Positions 45,905 through 61,785 of a DNA stretch of 64,000 nt are shown here, in pieces. A model generated the notes under the pieces. The model saw nothing but the letters and a program-made list of their open reading frames with translations, had not been told where the DNA came from and made no database searches. The number at the start of each line of letters is the position of its first letter. The stretch's first letter is position 1. Source of the DNA: the human T2T-CHM13v2.0 reference genome, Homo sapiens. The stretch lies in the NCBI RefSeq assembly GCF_009914755.1, contig NC_060943.1; one strand, written 5' to 3'. Both the position numbers and the translations under genes were made by a program.

Positions 45905-46320
45905 TACAAGTTGCGGTCAAATACACATAACACAAAAGCTACCATCGGAACCATCTTGAGTGCACAGCTCAGCAGCATTAAGCACATTCACTGGTTGTGC
46001 AACCCTCACCGTCGTCATCTCCAGAACTTGATCATCTTCCCACACTGAAGCTCTGTCTCCATAAAACGCTCACTCCCCATCCCTGTCCCCAGCCCCTGGC
46101 ACCCCTGATCTGACTTCCCGTCTCTGTGAATCTGACGACTCTAGGGACCTCCTAGGAGTGGGGTCACACAGGATTTGTCCTTTTGCAACTGGTCTCTCTC
46201 ACTGAGCGTTATGTCCTCAAGGTCCACCGAGTTGTAGCCTGTGTTGGAATTTCCTCCTTTTTAAGGCTGAATAATATTCCATCATATGGATGAACCACAG
46301 TTTGTTAATGGACACTTGAG
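45905..46320 (-). mobile_element. L1MB-like 3' end
   Basis: ATACACATAACA...GCATTAAGCACATTCAC..GTTGTGCAACC...AAGGCTGAATAATATTCCAT landmarks. Confidence 0.75.
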
Positions 46321-46380
46321 AAAATAGATATATATTTTCCCCCTAACATTTCTCTCTTAGAAAAAAAAGTGAAATTCTTG

Positions 46381-46712
<332 letters not shown>

Positions 46713-47469
46713 GGGAGATTCTTTGCGTGAATCACAAACATCTTATTATTGGTGCAATCTTAGAAGTTCTGAGACTTTCATTTTGAGCCAGATGGTGGTG
46801 GCCAGCCTGTGCAGGCAGTGCTGAGAAACACTCAGCACTTTCCAGGCGCTGGACTCCTCAGGGCCCGGTGTGTGGTGTGGTGGGGGCAGGGAGGGAGCCG
46901 GCTTGAGCTGGAGCATCTCCAGCGGACCTCCCTCCTCAAATACGAAGCGGGGCCAGGCCTACAGGGAGGCGGGAGACCATGCTGGCGAGGTGTGTGTAAA
47001 CCACCTGGCTCAGGGCAGGCCGTGGGCATCACACAGACACAGGCTCAGGCTGTGGCTTCCAAATGCAAATGGCATCAGCCTGTCCCCCTGAAATGTGTGT
47101 CGCTGCTCCTAAAATGACACACTGCCTGGAGCACAGGTTCACAGCTGTCTGCCAGGGGCCCAAATTGAACAACAGCAGTGAGCTCCAGAGTCCATGTCTG
47201 CAGACAACGAGGTACAGAAGGAATGCTCTGGAAACTCTCTCCTGGAACCTCCAACTCCTGGGAGTGGCTGTGTGGTCAGGAGTCAATGGGTTACGCAGAG
47301 CAGCTGGAATGGGTTTTTGAGCCACACACATACACGGGTGGCTCTGTGCAGAGGGTCCAGCACCAGGTGTAAAGGTGCCACGTGGGGCTATTGCAATGTG
47401 GCCCCTGCCCTCAGGGGGGGCACTTGTGGAGGCACACTGGGAGGCAGTGATATTTGAATGGGCCCTAAA

Positions 47470-47690
47470 CCAGGGGCCAGCAAACTATGGCCTGAGGGCC
47501 AATTCTGCTGTTTGTTTTTATAAATAAAGTTTTACTGGCACACAGCCATGCCCATCATCCTCATGCTGTCTGTGGCTGCTTTCAGGATGTAGCCAAATTG
47601 AACAGTCATGACAGAGACTGTCTGGCCTGCAAGGCTAAGATATTTGCTCTCTGGCTCTTTACAGGAAAGGTTTGCTGGCTCCTGCCTTAG
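47470..47690 (+). mobile_element. MER58A-like DNA-transposon remnant
   Basis: CAGGGG..AGCAAACTATGGCC...AAATAAAGTTTTACTGG.ACACAGCCATGCCCAT. Confidence 0.75.
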
Positions 47691-47874
47691 AAGATGAGAA
47701 AGTTTGTGATGGATGGAGAAGAGGATCTTCCAGAAAATAACCAGGGCTTTCCAGCCACTGGATCCAAAGGTGAAGAAGAAGTCGTGACTTGAGCACATCT
47801 GCTTCTTTCTCCTGGCTTCTTGGGTTATTTGCAGTGTCCTCTCTCTCTTTACTTCCTAAGCTTTAAAAATTAAA

Positions 47875-48300
47875 GGTCTGTGATTCCAACTATATGACAC
47901 TGGGGAACGGGGAAACTGTGGGGATGGCAGAAGGATTAGAGGTTGCTGCAGACTGGGGTGGGGAGGGAAAGCTGGGTAGGCAGAACATGGAGGATGTGTA
48001 GGACTGTGAAAGGACTCTGCGTGACACTGTGATGGGGGACACATGTCATTATAGGTTTGTCCAAACTGTCGAATGTACAACACCAAGAGTGAGCCCTGAT
48101 GTTGACTGTGGACTCTGGGGGGTGATGCTGGCTCCGCGGAGGGTCACGGGTCATGAGCAATGCACCGCTGTGTGGGGGAGGTGAATGGTGGGAGAGGCGG
48201 TGGGGAGCGGGGCTGGGGGTGTAGAACAACTCTCTGTACTTTCTACTCAATTTTGCTGTGAACCTAGAATGGCTCTAAAAAATGAAGTCTGTTAAAAACA
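47875..48300 (+). mobile_element. L1MC-like 3' end
   Basis: TGATTCCAACTATATGACA...TGTACAACACCAAGAGTGAGCCCT...TTTTGCTGTGAACCTA.AA.GGCTCTAAAAAAT. Confidence 0.75.
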
Positions 48301-48530
48301 GTTTTAAACGGTTTTAAAAAAAGTCTGAAAAGTTAGCTGGAGGAGGTTGCATCCCAGCCTCCTGTGTCTCCTGCTAGACTCACCTCAGTCTCAGCAGAGG
48401 GGGATACCTTGGCTTTCCCAGGATGCTGGAGACTGGGGAGTTATGATGAGTTTGTTTCGTGTTGGAGAAACACCCACCCCTCCATGCTCCAGGGGAGAGC
48501 CAGCTCCTCCCAGCTCGGCCCGGCACCCAC

Positions 48531-49290
<760 letters not shown>

Positions 49291-49756
49291 TTGACCTTTC
49301 ACTTTGGCCTCTCTGGTTCAGCATTTCCTGAACTGTGTGAGGAATGTGATCAAGGAATTCTGTACATAATGCCGTTGTCATAGAGAGTCCTCTCTCACAG
49401 GCTAGTATAATAAAGGCTCGGACAAGTCCTGTGCTGAGAACACCAGGTCAGCTTTGTTGAGCTCCACATGGCTTATCTCCATTATTATTACCATTATTAT
49501 TAACAACTCTTCCCCACCCCCTTCAATCATCTAGTAACACGTTTTGGAATAAGGCACTGTTTGGGAACCATTACATTAGTTTATTACGGGAGAATGATGA
49601 TCAGAGGGCTTTAAACAATTTAGTTCAGAAAACAGCTCACAGAGTCCTTACAGGAGGGAAGCATTAACCCACAGACATGGCTGTGGAGACACCCAGCTCA
49701 CAGGATGCCATTTCTCCAGAGCTGGCAACAGGGACATGCAGGAAGCACCTGGGTCC

Positions 49757-50084
49757 TTTCTTTTTCTTTCTTTCTTTTTCTCTTATTATTATATTTTTGA
49801 GACAGTCTCACTCTGTTGCCCAGGCTGGAGTGCAGTAGTGCGATCTCGGCTCACTGCAACCTCCCTCTCTCCCAGGTTCAAGAAATTCTCCAGCCTCAGC
49901 CTCCCCGATTAGCTGGGATTACAGGTATGTGACACCATGCCTGGCTAATTTTTTTGTATTTTTAGTAGGGACGGGGATTCACCATGTTGGCCAGGCTGAT
50001 TTTGAACTCCTGACCTCAAGTGATCCTCCTGCCTTGGCCTCCCAATGTGCTAGGATTACAGGCGTGAGCAACCATGCCCGGCCC
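49757..50084 (-). mobile_element. AluS
   Basis: Reverse Alu consensus. Confidence 0.88.
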
Positions 50085-50690
50085 TTCTTTTCCTTTTTAA
50101 ATTTCATTGCAATAGCAGACAGCCTGGGCCCTTTCTAGATGAGGTACATGTTTAGCCAGGTGCTCGGAGGAGGGAAAACGGGGGGAAATCAGCCTTAATC
50201 CTGAAGCCAGCAGCTGGGATACTCTGCAGGGGAGGCCCCTCCAGGAGCAGGGGCTGTGTCCCCAGAGACCAGGCTTCCCTGTGGCTTCCTCCCGCTTCTG
50301 TCCCTCCTCTACGCATCCACATTCCCTAAGGACATTCCCTGTGAAGGATGAAAAAGTGTCAGAGAATAAGGGACTCTGGTCCTCGTGGATCCACCGCCAC
50401 GCCGTTTATAGACAGCCAGGACACCGGCTTTGAGAGCACGTGAGTCAGCCCCAACCCCACAAAAGCAGATGCCAAGCCTCGCTGGCCACAGGATCACAGC
50501 CTCAGCAGGCAGCAGCCTACTGCACTCTCTGGGCCACCAGCTTTGGGTTGGAGGTGCTGCTGTTTCTTTCTGTTAGAGGAGAGTTGGCATAATTGCCTGT
50601 GATAAGTCTGTGGCCTGTGATGTCCCGGGGCTGCCATAGGCCAAGAGAAGGCGGGGTGGATTGGTCCAGGTACAGCAAAAGACACCAAGA

Positions 50691-51346
<656 letters not shown>

Positions 51347-51634
51347 AGAGGCTGCTCTAAAACAAAAAAAGAAAAGTATTGTTTGGGAAATTTCAAAAGG
51401 AGAGAGAAAACCAGAGTGATCCCCACGTCCTATCACCGGCTTCTAAAGCCGACACCGTGGGCTACACCTGGCCACAGCCAAGGCTGCCGCCAATTGAAAG
51501 TAACTGCAAGCACTCCAGAGGTGGCTGCGAATCAGGCCACCTGGAAAGGAGGAGGAAGCCTCGCATTTTCCCAAAAGCTCCATTTCTTGGGAAAGGAAGA
51601 GGAAGAACAGGTGGGCTGGGGATCGTCTACCCAC

Positions 51635-51816
51635 CTGGTGCCCAGCCGCCGCGTTCTCAGCCCCATAAACACAGAACGGATCAGTTTCCCGAAGGAGGCG
51701 GCGTTCACTGGGTCTAGCTTGTGCTCCTGGCAGTGCCGAAGGTAGTGGTTGTAAAGAGAACTTCTGGGGAGACTCACACCTTCCGCTGTTTCATAATTAT
51801 CCAACAGCCACTGGAG
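51635..51816 (-). CDS. RFX2: RFX2 exon, winged-helix DNA-binding domain part 1 ([25 protein letters not shown]...[20 protein letters not shown])
   Basis: tttttacag|CTCCAG...ACCAG|gtggg; 182 nt; classic RFX DBD signature. Confidence 0.97.
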
Positions 51817-51857
51817 CTGTAAAAAGAAAGACACGTCTGCGTTTGTCAGAAGCCTGA

Positions 51858-52257
<400 letters not shown>

Positions 52258-52658
52258 TGATTTGAGTTCTCTAAGCAGATTAATGAATCCCTCATTTTCT
52301 TTTGCTTATTGATTCTTTCATGTTTAGCCTGGTTTTCAGGTTCCTGGACTTAATTTGTAAACATCTGGGTGTGATCAGGAACTATTAGCTTCTGTCTTCA
52401 GTCCCTTAAATGAAATACCCACACACCACACAGGCTTTAACACCAAATCGCTCCCCAACATACAGGAATGGAGAGAAATTCTGTTGCTGAACAGGAAGAT
52501 TGAAGAAGACTCGGGGGCCCCACAGCCCTGTGTTCTGTAGTGAGCAGTGAGCTAACATGTACTGAGATCCCTTATTGAGGGAGGTACAAATGGAAATTCA
52601 GTAAAATACACAAATGCTTATATGCACGGTTTTGTGTCTAAGTCAAAAGGCAGGACAT

Positions 52659-52800
52659 AGCTACTTGGGAGGCTGAGGTGGGAGGATTGCTTGAGCCCAG
52701 GAGGTTGAGGCTGCAGTGAGCTAGGGTCGCGCCACACTGTACTCCAGCCTGGGCGACAGGGCAAGACTTCGTCTCTTTCAAAAAACGAAACAAAACAAAA
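52659..52800 (+). mobile_element. Alu right-arm fragment (J-type)
   Basis: AGCTACTTGGGAGGCTGAGGTGGGAGGATTGCTTGAGCCC... Confidence 0.85.
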
Positions 52801-53520
52801 AGATGGGCTAAATGAGTCCCGAGCCAAGGACTATGCCTCGAGAGGTGAACATCCAGTTAGAAGGGCTGCGAGAACTGTCCACACGAAGAGCTCAGTCCCC
52901 ACACTGGGCATGGACGCAAAGGTGGCCTGCCCACCAACTGATGCCCTCACCCAGGTGCCTTAAAGACTGCGGCTTAATTCTGGTTTCCACCTCTCCCTCT
53001 GCTATCGTCTGTCCCCTGATCCAGAGAGGTCTGCTATGTGAATACAAAAGGCTTGCACTGATGCCTGCGATTTGCAGAAAGACAGGAATTCCACGCACAG
53101 AAGCGAGGCCCGAGTCCAGATCCCATGTCAAGAGCGTCGGGGGAAACCAGCTGTCTCTACCTGGTCCCCTTTGTGCGAGGCTGTCAGCTGCTTTGTCTAG
53201 GCTGAGCCCCGCTTCCAGAGCTCCGAAGGGCTCCTGCTGCCTGGGCCCTTCAGAGTGGGCAGTGCTGGGTCCTCAGCCCTCCCCCACCGGGCATGTTGGG
53301 CTCCTGCACAGCCCTTGGCCTGGGAAGCCCTTGTCCCTGTGCCCCGCACACCCCACAAGACACAAAGTAGGCGTGTCCCCTGGGAAATATCTGTCCACTC
53401 ACCACAGCGTACCCATGGCACCCCCCCGCCCCACTGTCACGTTTGCCTGTCTGTTTGCCCCATCCCCACCCCCCCAACTCAGCATTAGAAGCTGGGGAGG
53501 AAGAAAGCATTCATCTCCCT

Positions 53521-53814
53521 TTAATTATTTATTTATTGAAATGGAGTCTCACTCTGTCACCCAGGCTGGAGGTGCAGTGGCGCAATCTTGGCACACTGCA
53601 ACCTCCACTTCCAGGCTTCAAGTGATTCTTCTGCCTCAGCCTCCTGAGTAGCTGGCATTATAGGCATGCACCACCACATCTGGCTTATGTTTTTTGTATT
53701 TTTAGTAGAGATGGGATTTTGCCATGTTGGCCTCGAATTCCTGACCTCAGGTGATCCACCCGCCTTGGCCTCCCAAAGTGCTGGGATTACAGGCGTGAGC
53801 CACCGCGCCCGGCC
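53521..53814 (-). mobile_element. AluS
   Basis: Reverse Alu; TSD-like TTCATCTCC(C)TTT. Confidence 0.88.
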
Positions 53815-55046
53815 TTCATCTCCTTTTTATGAAATAGTGCTATGGGGTGGTTCTGACGAGCCCTGCACCAGCGACCAGCACCTCAGAACCCCTTTTATCT
53901 CATCTAAGACCCACTCGATCCAGCCTGTCCTGGCCCCTCCAGCCCTAACAGGGGTTGACCCAGGGCCACAGTGGAGTGAGGACCTGCCCTGGGTTCTGGA
54001 ACGTTTCACAGGAGGACAAACAGGTCAAAGGTTCAGGTGAAGGGGTGTGTGGGGCCTGAACGCGGAGGTCTCTTAAGCCGAATTGCAGGTGAGCTGCGGG
54101 GCTGAGTTCCATTTTAGGAAGGGGGAAGTTAAGTCTTGGGCTGGAGTTCAGGGTAGAGATTGGGACCAGATGTGTTACTTTGGAACCAAAGAGCTGAGGA
54201 CAAAACCTCCAAGGGGTGGGAAGAGTCAGTCACCCAGCAGGGGCACTGCCCACGTGGGTGTTGAGGATGAAGAGGAGCAAAGCGTAAGCCTCGAAGTGTG
54301 GGTCCAACCTCACGTCCTGCCTCTGGGGCAAGCCAGGAGGGCTTCAGACCTCCTGACCACAAGCTCCCCTCCAGCTCTGCTCCTGCAGGTAAGTCCCGTG
54401 GCCAAACATCCCTCCTTACCAAAGGGACAGGAGTGGTTCCTGCCACAATCCCTGAGCTTGGATTCCGGTTCCCTGGCCGCCCCTGAATCACTCAAGTAGC
54501 CTATCACCTCCTCCTCAGCACCAGGGACCCCTCGCCCTCTTGCTACCACAAAGTCTGCCTCCTGCCGCCTGCAGGGCCCTGTGTGAAGTGCAGTGTCCCC
54601 CACCCCCCCGCCATGAGTGCAGGTGATCGTTAGCAGTTGCCATCGTTAGCAGGTGCCAATTTCATCCGTCCAGCATTGGGTGCCATGTGCTTGGCTGTGC
54701 CCATAACCACAGGGAGGGACCCCCGCCCTCTTGTCCTTTGAATAAGGGGCAGTTAAAACAAAGGACCCTGAGAAGGGCCCGGAGTGGAGACTTCATCTCT
54801 TCCTCACTTGCCTCTTTGGGAAAAGGGACATCAGAGTTTTCACTTTCCATCAAGTCATTCACACCCTTCATCTTCCGACTTTCTGGACTGGACTTTTTCC
54901 AATACAATGGAGGCAGTGTTGCTTTTTTCTCCTCCAAAGTCCGGCTCTGGCAGAGTGCTTGGACCCTTAAGAGCTTAAGAGCTCCGGAGTCTTCCCTGTA
55001 TTTAATGCTATGAATACTATGAACCACAACCTTGATGTTGAAGTTA

Positions 55047-55054
55047 GTGTGTGA

Positions 55055-55097
<43 letters not shown>

Positions 55098-55153
55098 CTT
55101 TTATATACTTTTTTTTTTTTTTAGAGACAGGGATATATATATATATATATATT
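55047..55153. repeat. (TG)n followed by T-run and (TA)n
   Basis: Direct reading. Confidence 0.9.
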
Positions 55154-58007
55154 TAGAGATAGGGTCTCATCCTGTCACCACCCCAGGCTGGAGCGCAGTG
55201 GTGCAATCATGGCTCATGCAGCCTCCAACTCCCGGGCTCAAGTGATCCTCCTGCCTCAGCTTCCAGAAGTGTTGGGATGACAGTCGGGAGCTGCAGTGTG
55301 GGCCCTGAAGCTTTTCTTCCCAGTGGCTTCACCGTCCGGATTTGTCATGTGTGCTGATTGATTTATCGCCTGTTCCCCGCAGACTATGCTCTCCCTGAGG
55401 GTGGAGACGGAGCCAGGTTTGCCCATGTGAGCATCTGCAGGATCCTGGAGATGTCTCAAGCCTGGCAGCAGAGAAAGACTGTCCAAGGAGGTAGATGGGG
55501 AGCAACAGAGGGTGTCTGGGTGAAGAAGCCAGAGGCTTCCCTTGGTCATTCTGAGGCTGGGGGCACAGGTGCCACTTCTTAGACTGTCCTCCACAGGCAG
55601 CAGGAGCCAAGGCCAGTGACACCACATCTCAAGGAGCCAAATGACGATGCGGATTTTCAGGCTAAAACTGTGAGGCCAGATTTTGCGGGCGGTGAGCTGG
55701 AAGGAGCACTGGACTAGGAGTCCTGAGAGGTTAGAGTATAAGACTCCATCCACCAGGAGGACATACTGGCTCACACATAAAAAGAAAGTTTTGGAACAGA
55801 TGATCCTTCTGCTGTTTACCCCCGAACCCCCAGGCTATTTAAGAGTAGAATCCTTTGCTTGGGTAATTACGTTGACATTGACACTAAAAGGATGCATAGT
55901 TGTCTTGACAGCAAGTCCTTCTTGCTCAACATCAAGAAACCACAGAGAAGACTGAAGCGGCTGGAACAGTCGCGTCTATTTCCTCCCTCTTCTGTGTTGA
56001 TGAACTTCTGGGAGGAGAATGGGGTTAGAACCGAAGTATGGCTTGCAGACTCTGTTCAGGGTCTACGCCTCACCAGCAGGCTGGGAGCCACTTATGCACC
56101 GGGCCTTCCCATCCCTCGGTGCTGGAGCCCACACCTGGCGGCACGTCAGACTGCGGCAAGCATCACAGGTCAGTTCCGTGAAACCGACCACGAGGGTCCA
56201 GCCGCTCCAACCACACTCGCCCACCTCCCCTGCTCTTGAGGGCTCGGGTACCTTCATGCCAGGAAAGGCAGCAGCTGGACGGAGTCACCTTTCTGGCTTG
56301 GGCATGTTCTGCAGTCTGCTTTGTCTGCTGATATTTGCATTCTTTCTGTGTCAATATCAAACACAAATAAGCAGAACGCTTTCCAAGGAAATGTACATGT
56401 GTACCCACATTTGCCACAATCTGTCAGGACAGCACACTTCTTGATGAAATGGATCAAATCATTCCTTTTAAGGAAAAAAAATCCCGAAATGCCAGCGCCT
56501 CCCTCTCCCCGGCCCCCCAACAAAGGCCTGTGGTTCTGGGCTCTTTGCAGGCACAGCCCCTGTGGACAGATATCCTCACCTGCCGGTGGGAAGGCAGGGA
56601 TCATGCCCACCTACCTGGCCCCCTTTGTCTCCTAAGATACTTGTTTCTATTCCTGGGGGCAAATTTGCCTGACACTGGCTCCTGGTGGTGAGTTAGAGTC
56701 TCACCGGGCCATACACTAGCAGCTCGGGCAGCTATTCCAACCGTCCAGGTGTGCCCTGTGTTGACATAATCCGACTTGGAACATCCACCTTTTCACCCAT
56801 TCCACAAATATTTACGAGAGCTGGCTCTATGCCAGGCCTTGTTTAGGTGCTGGGGATGCAACGGCGAATAAAAGACAAAAACCCCTGCCCCCTGGAAGCG
56901 TCCGTTCTTGTCTGGCAGAGACCCACAATAAATAAGTAAAATGAACCGAATGAGGGCTGATGCCGAGTGCCGTCAGAGAAATTCACCTGGGAAAGGGGAT
57001 GGGGTCGCCGCCACGGAGGGACTGGAGGGAGGACTGCAACGGTATAGTAAGTTGAGGTGGGGTGGGGGTATCAGGCAGGGCTCACTGAGAAAGTGCCCAC
57101 TGAGTGAAGACTCAGAGGAGGTGAGGGGGAGCCTGGGGAAGAGAGCTTCAGGCAGAGGGCCCCACAGTGCAAAGGCCCTGGGGCAGGTCCGAGCCTGGTG
57201 CATTGGAGGAATAGCGAGGAGGCCCGTGTGGCTGGAGCACAGTGAGGAGTGGGAGAGAGCGGGTCCTGCAGGGCCTTGTGGGCCATTTTGACAACACTCG
57301 GTTCTACTTGGAGGGCCAAGGGGAGCCCTGGAGGCTTCCAAGCAGAGCAGTGTGGCGATCTGACCTGGGTTTTAGCAGGATCACTCTGGTGGCTGCTGTG
57401 AGAAGGGGCTGGAGGCTGGGTAGGGGTGGGTGCTGACGGCTGGCTAGGAGGTGGCCGAAAGAATCCACAGGGACAGTGGCGGCTCGGGAAGTAGTCGAAG
57501 TGGAGGAGGTGGGGGGTGCCACCTGGTTCTGGATCTTTCTTGAAGGTGAGGTTGAAGAGCATCTGGGGGTGGGCATGAGAGGAGCAAGGAGGCGAGGACG
57601 CAGTGGGGTTGGGGGCCGAGCGCCTGGAAGATTGGCTGCCCCTGCCTCAGATGGGACCGTGGGCGGGAGGCGCAGGGGTTGTGGGAGGCGCAGGGGTTGT
57701 TGAGGGTGGAGGCCACGCACTGAGCTAAGACACTAATCCGAGGCAGGCAGGAATTCCAAGGGAAAACAGCGGCACTTCTGGACAGAGGCCCCTTCTGAGG
57801 AGCTGCCGGCTCTAGCAACCCCACTGTGGCCTGCAGGACAGCACGGCCATCGTGCCAGGCTACACAGGTCACCAGCTGAAGGCTAAATGACCTTTGACAA
57901 TGTGTGTTTCTTGATTTCAAAGCAAAAAGTCACATAACCCAAATACGACTCTTCCACACGCAGCTCTCTCCCGCAGGGTGTGCAAGTGATGTGTTTACTT
58001 TAGCAGA

Positions 58008-58026
58008 CAGCGCCACCTCATGGTGA
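58008..58026 (-). promoter_or_regulatory. Candidate CTCF site
   Basis: Minus strand CCATGAGGTGGCGCTG resembles the CTCF core CCASYAGRKGGCRS; locally CpG-rich. Confidence 0.4.
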
Positions 58027-59176
58027 CAGAGACTCGGTGAACCTGCTACGGGGTCCCGGTCGGCTGGTAGCCTGAGGGCAGCCCGGTGGCCCCCAGGGGC
58101 TGAGGCCGCCTCTTCTGCTCAAGTCGGTGGCCTGCCACACCCGGTCGGGTGAAGACATGTTTCATCCCCAGCCCCGGCTCCGTCCCCTTCCCTCTGGAAG
58201 AGCTAATCCCCATTTTCACGGCGCCATATCATGCCCTTTTCCAGTTTGGACACTGCTAGGGGGCCTCCTCCTCCCTGGGAGTTTCCACGCCAGGCTGACC
58301 ATCAGCTGGCTGGAAGGTTCTTCCAATGTGCAGACCTCCAGGCCCTGCAGACCCCCTGGGTCCAAGCCCCTAGAGGGGAGGCCTGGGAAGCTCCTGTTGA
58401 CCGGCTGGGTCTGGACAATGCTGTCTCGTTTTACCAGGCTCCCAGCACCTGAATACACCTTCCCTCCTGAGACAGCGCAGAGGAGGGAACCAGCTCCGCG
58501 GAACACGTGGCCAGCTCCGCTCAGAGATGTCTGTGAGGGGTTCCCTAGGTGGGTTTCCCACGTCTTCCACCTTCTGCCCTCAAATGCTAAGCTCCCTGGA
58601 GTGACTTTTCCTCCTTTTTTACTCCCTATGTTCGGCACTGACCTGGCCAGAACCCTGCACACGGTAGACGGTGGTCTGACGTCACCAGCTGGCAGCAAGG
58701 AAGAGGCGCACAGGCCCTGCTGCTGGGGCGACCTGCCTGGGGCTGTCTGAGAAGGGAGGTCTGGGAGGCCACTGGGAAAATGGGTCTCCAGGGCCCAGCT
58801 GCTCCCACACACTTGGCTTATCTGCCACAGGGTCAGGCTGGCAGGGGAGGTGGCACTGTGGCTGTGCCCCCGCCTGACCTGCAGAAGGCCGCTGCCCACC
58901 ACGACCTCAGTCTCAGCCACAGGCAGCCCTGGGGACAATCGTTGCAAGGGCACGTCACCCCGTCCATCAGCAGATCACGTGCTTTAACTCCTCTCTTCCT
59001 CTCTGGCTCTCACATTTGCCAAAACAAGATCTAAGTTTATTCTGCCCGTGTGTGTGGTGAACTTTTTAGAAAGATCTTATTTTACTTCCTTTGCTTCGAG
59101 TCACCAAGCCCGGAATCTTACTGATCACAGCTCATGACAGAAGGAAACAACTCAACAGCGAATCATCAGTGAGTAA

Positions 59177-59725
<549 letters not shown>

Positions 59726-60259
59726 TGATACCCTGGACCCGCATGGGTTTGCGTTCAGGCTGAAGATGGCCTGATCCTTGCTGAATGGGGAATGGTATTC
59801 TGCACATTTTCCCATGTATGTGCTCTGAGTTTAAGACTGGGGGCTGGGGAGATCCTCTCTCCAAGCACGTGTGGAAGACTCCCTTCTCCCTGAGTTCATC
59901 TACAGGGAGGATGTCATCCAGCAGTGACAGATGACAGGATGACCATGTCCTACCCAGCCTGGAGAGGGGCGGGGCACTGAGCAGGGGTCTGGCATGGTGT
60001 TTGTTTTGTTTTGTCTTTTTTGCTTCAAGACAATCGGCAGAAGGAAATATTTCTGCCATTTCTTCTAGTGACCAGCCCCCTGAGGCAAAGGGCAGAGGCC
60101 TCGTCAGGGGCTGCGGTGAGCAGGTGACCACACCTGTACCTAACCCATAACCCAGGTTTCTGGACCTGTCCTACATCACTTTCTGCCCCCAGAATCACTC
60201 ACTGCCTTTTGATAACGCCTCATTTTACACATCGGCCAGCACAGAAGTCAGGATGGAAT

Positions 60260-60528
60260 CACAGTGAGGACGGGAGTGAGGACGGGATCACGGTGAGGAC
60301 GGGAGTGAGGACGGGATCACGGTGAGGACGGGAGTGAGGACGGGATCACGGTGAGGACGGGAGTGAGGACGGGATCACGGTGAGGACGGGAGTGAGGACG
60401 GGATCACGGTGAGGACGGGAGTGAGGACGGGATCACGGTGAGGACGGGAGTCAGGACGGGATCACGGTGAGGACGGGAGTCAGGACGGGATCACGGTGAG
60501 GACGGGAGTCAGGACGGGATCACGGTGA
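60260..60528. repeat. 29-bp VNTR (CACGGTGAGGACGGGAGTGAGGACGGGAT), ~9.3 copies
   Basis: Counted directly: units 1-6 carry GAGTGAGG, units 7-9 carry GAGTCAGG. Confidence 0.95.
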
Positions 60529-61258
60529 TGACTGGGGTCCACTGAAGGGGACTTCTTCTCTGATGTCTGAATTCTCAAGAGAATGTCAGAGCCCAGTTTA
60601 AGTGCTAGAGAGCAACTACTAGAAGGACATTCTGACTTCGATGGCCCGTCCCAGTGTTAAGATGCCGAACACATTTCCAGCTATGTGCAAAACCGAATCA
60701 AGAGCGTTTGGGGAGAAGTGAAAGCGATGAGTCTGAGGGGGCCAGAGCTTTCCTTCTCTGTTGTCCCTGGAAATAAAGACGGAGCCTGCCACGTCCCCCA
60801 GTCCCATCCTGCTACAGGGCTGTGCAGAGCTGAGATGCCCCCAACCTCCTGTCATGGGGACTGTGATCACGGTCTTCTCCCAAGAGACAAGGGGAGGAGA
60901 AAAATCCTAGACGCTAAAATCTGTATGAATTAGCTGCTTTATGCTTTTCTCAAATTACTGTTTCTTTCCAAGAGAGGATCCCAAGAAAATTAGCTAAGAG
61001 TCTAAGGCATTCCCGATCCTATGTCATTTTCTCTCTTTTTTGTTGCTGTTGCTGATTTTTGTATTGTTTTTATTTTTCATATATAACTATACTGCTTATC
61101 ACCTGCCAGGTATTGTTGAAAGTATTTTACGTACATTAAATAATTTACTCCCTATGACAACCCGAGGAGGTAGGTGTTGTTATTATCTACCTTTTACAAA
61201 TAAAGAATCTGTCTTGATTTCTCCTTCATTGCTGAAGGGTATTTTTTGCTGGATGTAG

Positions 61259-61785
<527 letters not shown>

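Noticed and set aside
52812-53651. 279-aa plus-strand ORF
   Set aside because: Low-complexity Pro/Ser/Leu-rich reading of GC-rich intron, ending in an Alu.
58127-58953. Overlapping 207-aa (+) and 245-aa (-) ORFs
   Set aside because: GC-rich intron with few stops; no recognisable domain and not needed for the RFX2 frame.
60260-60528. Regular 29-bp repeats superficially like a CRISPR array
   Set aside because: Units are contiguous with no unique spacers, there are no cas genes and the context is human; it is a minisatellite.
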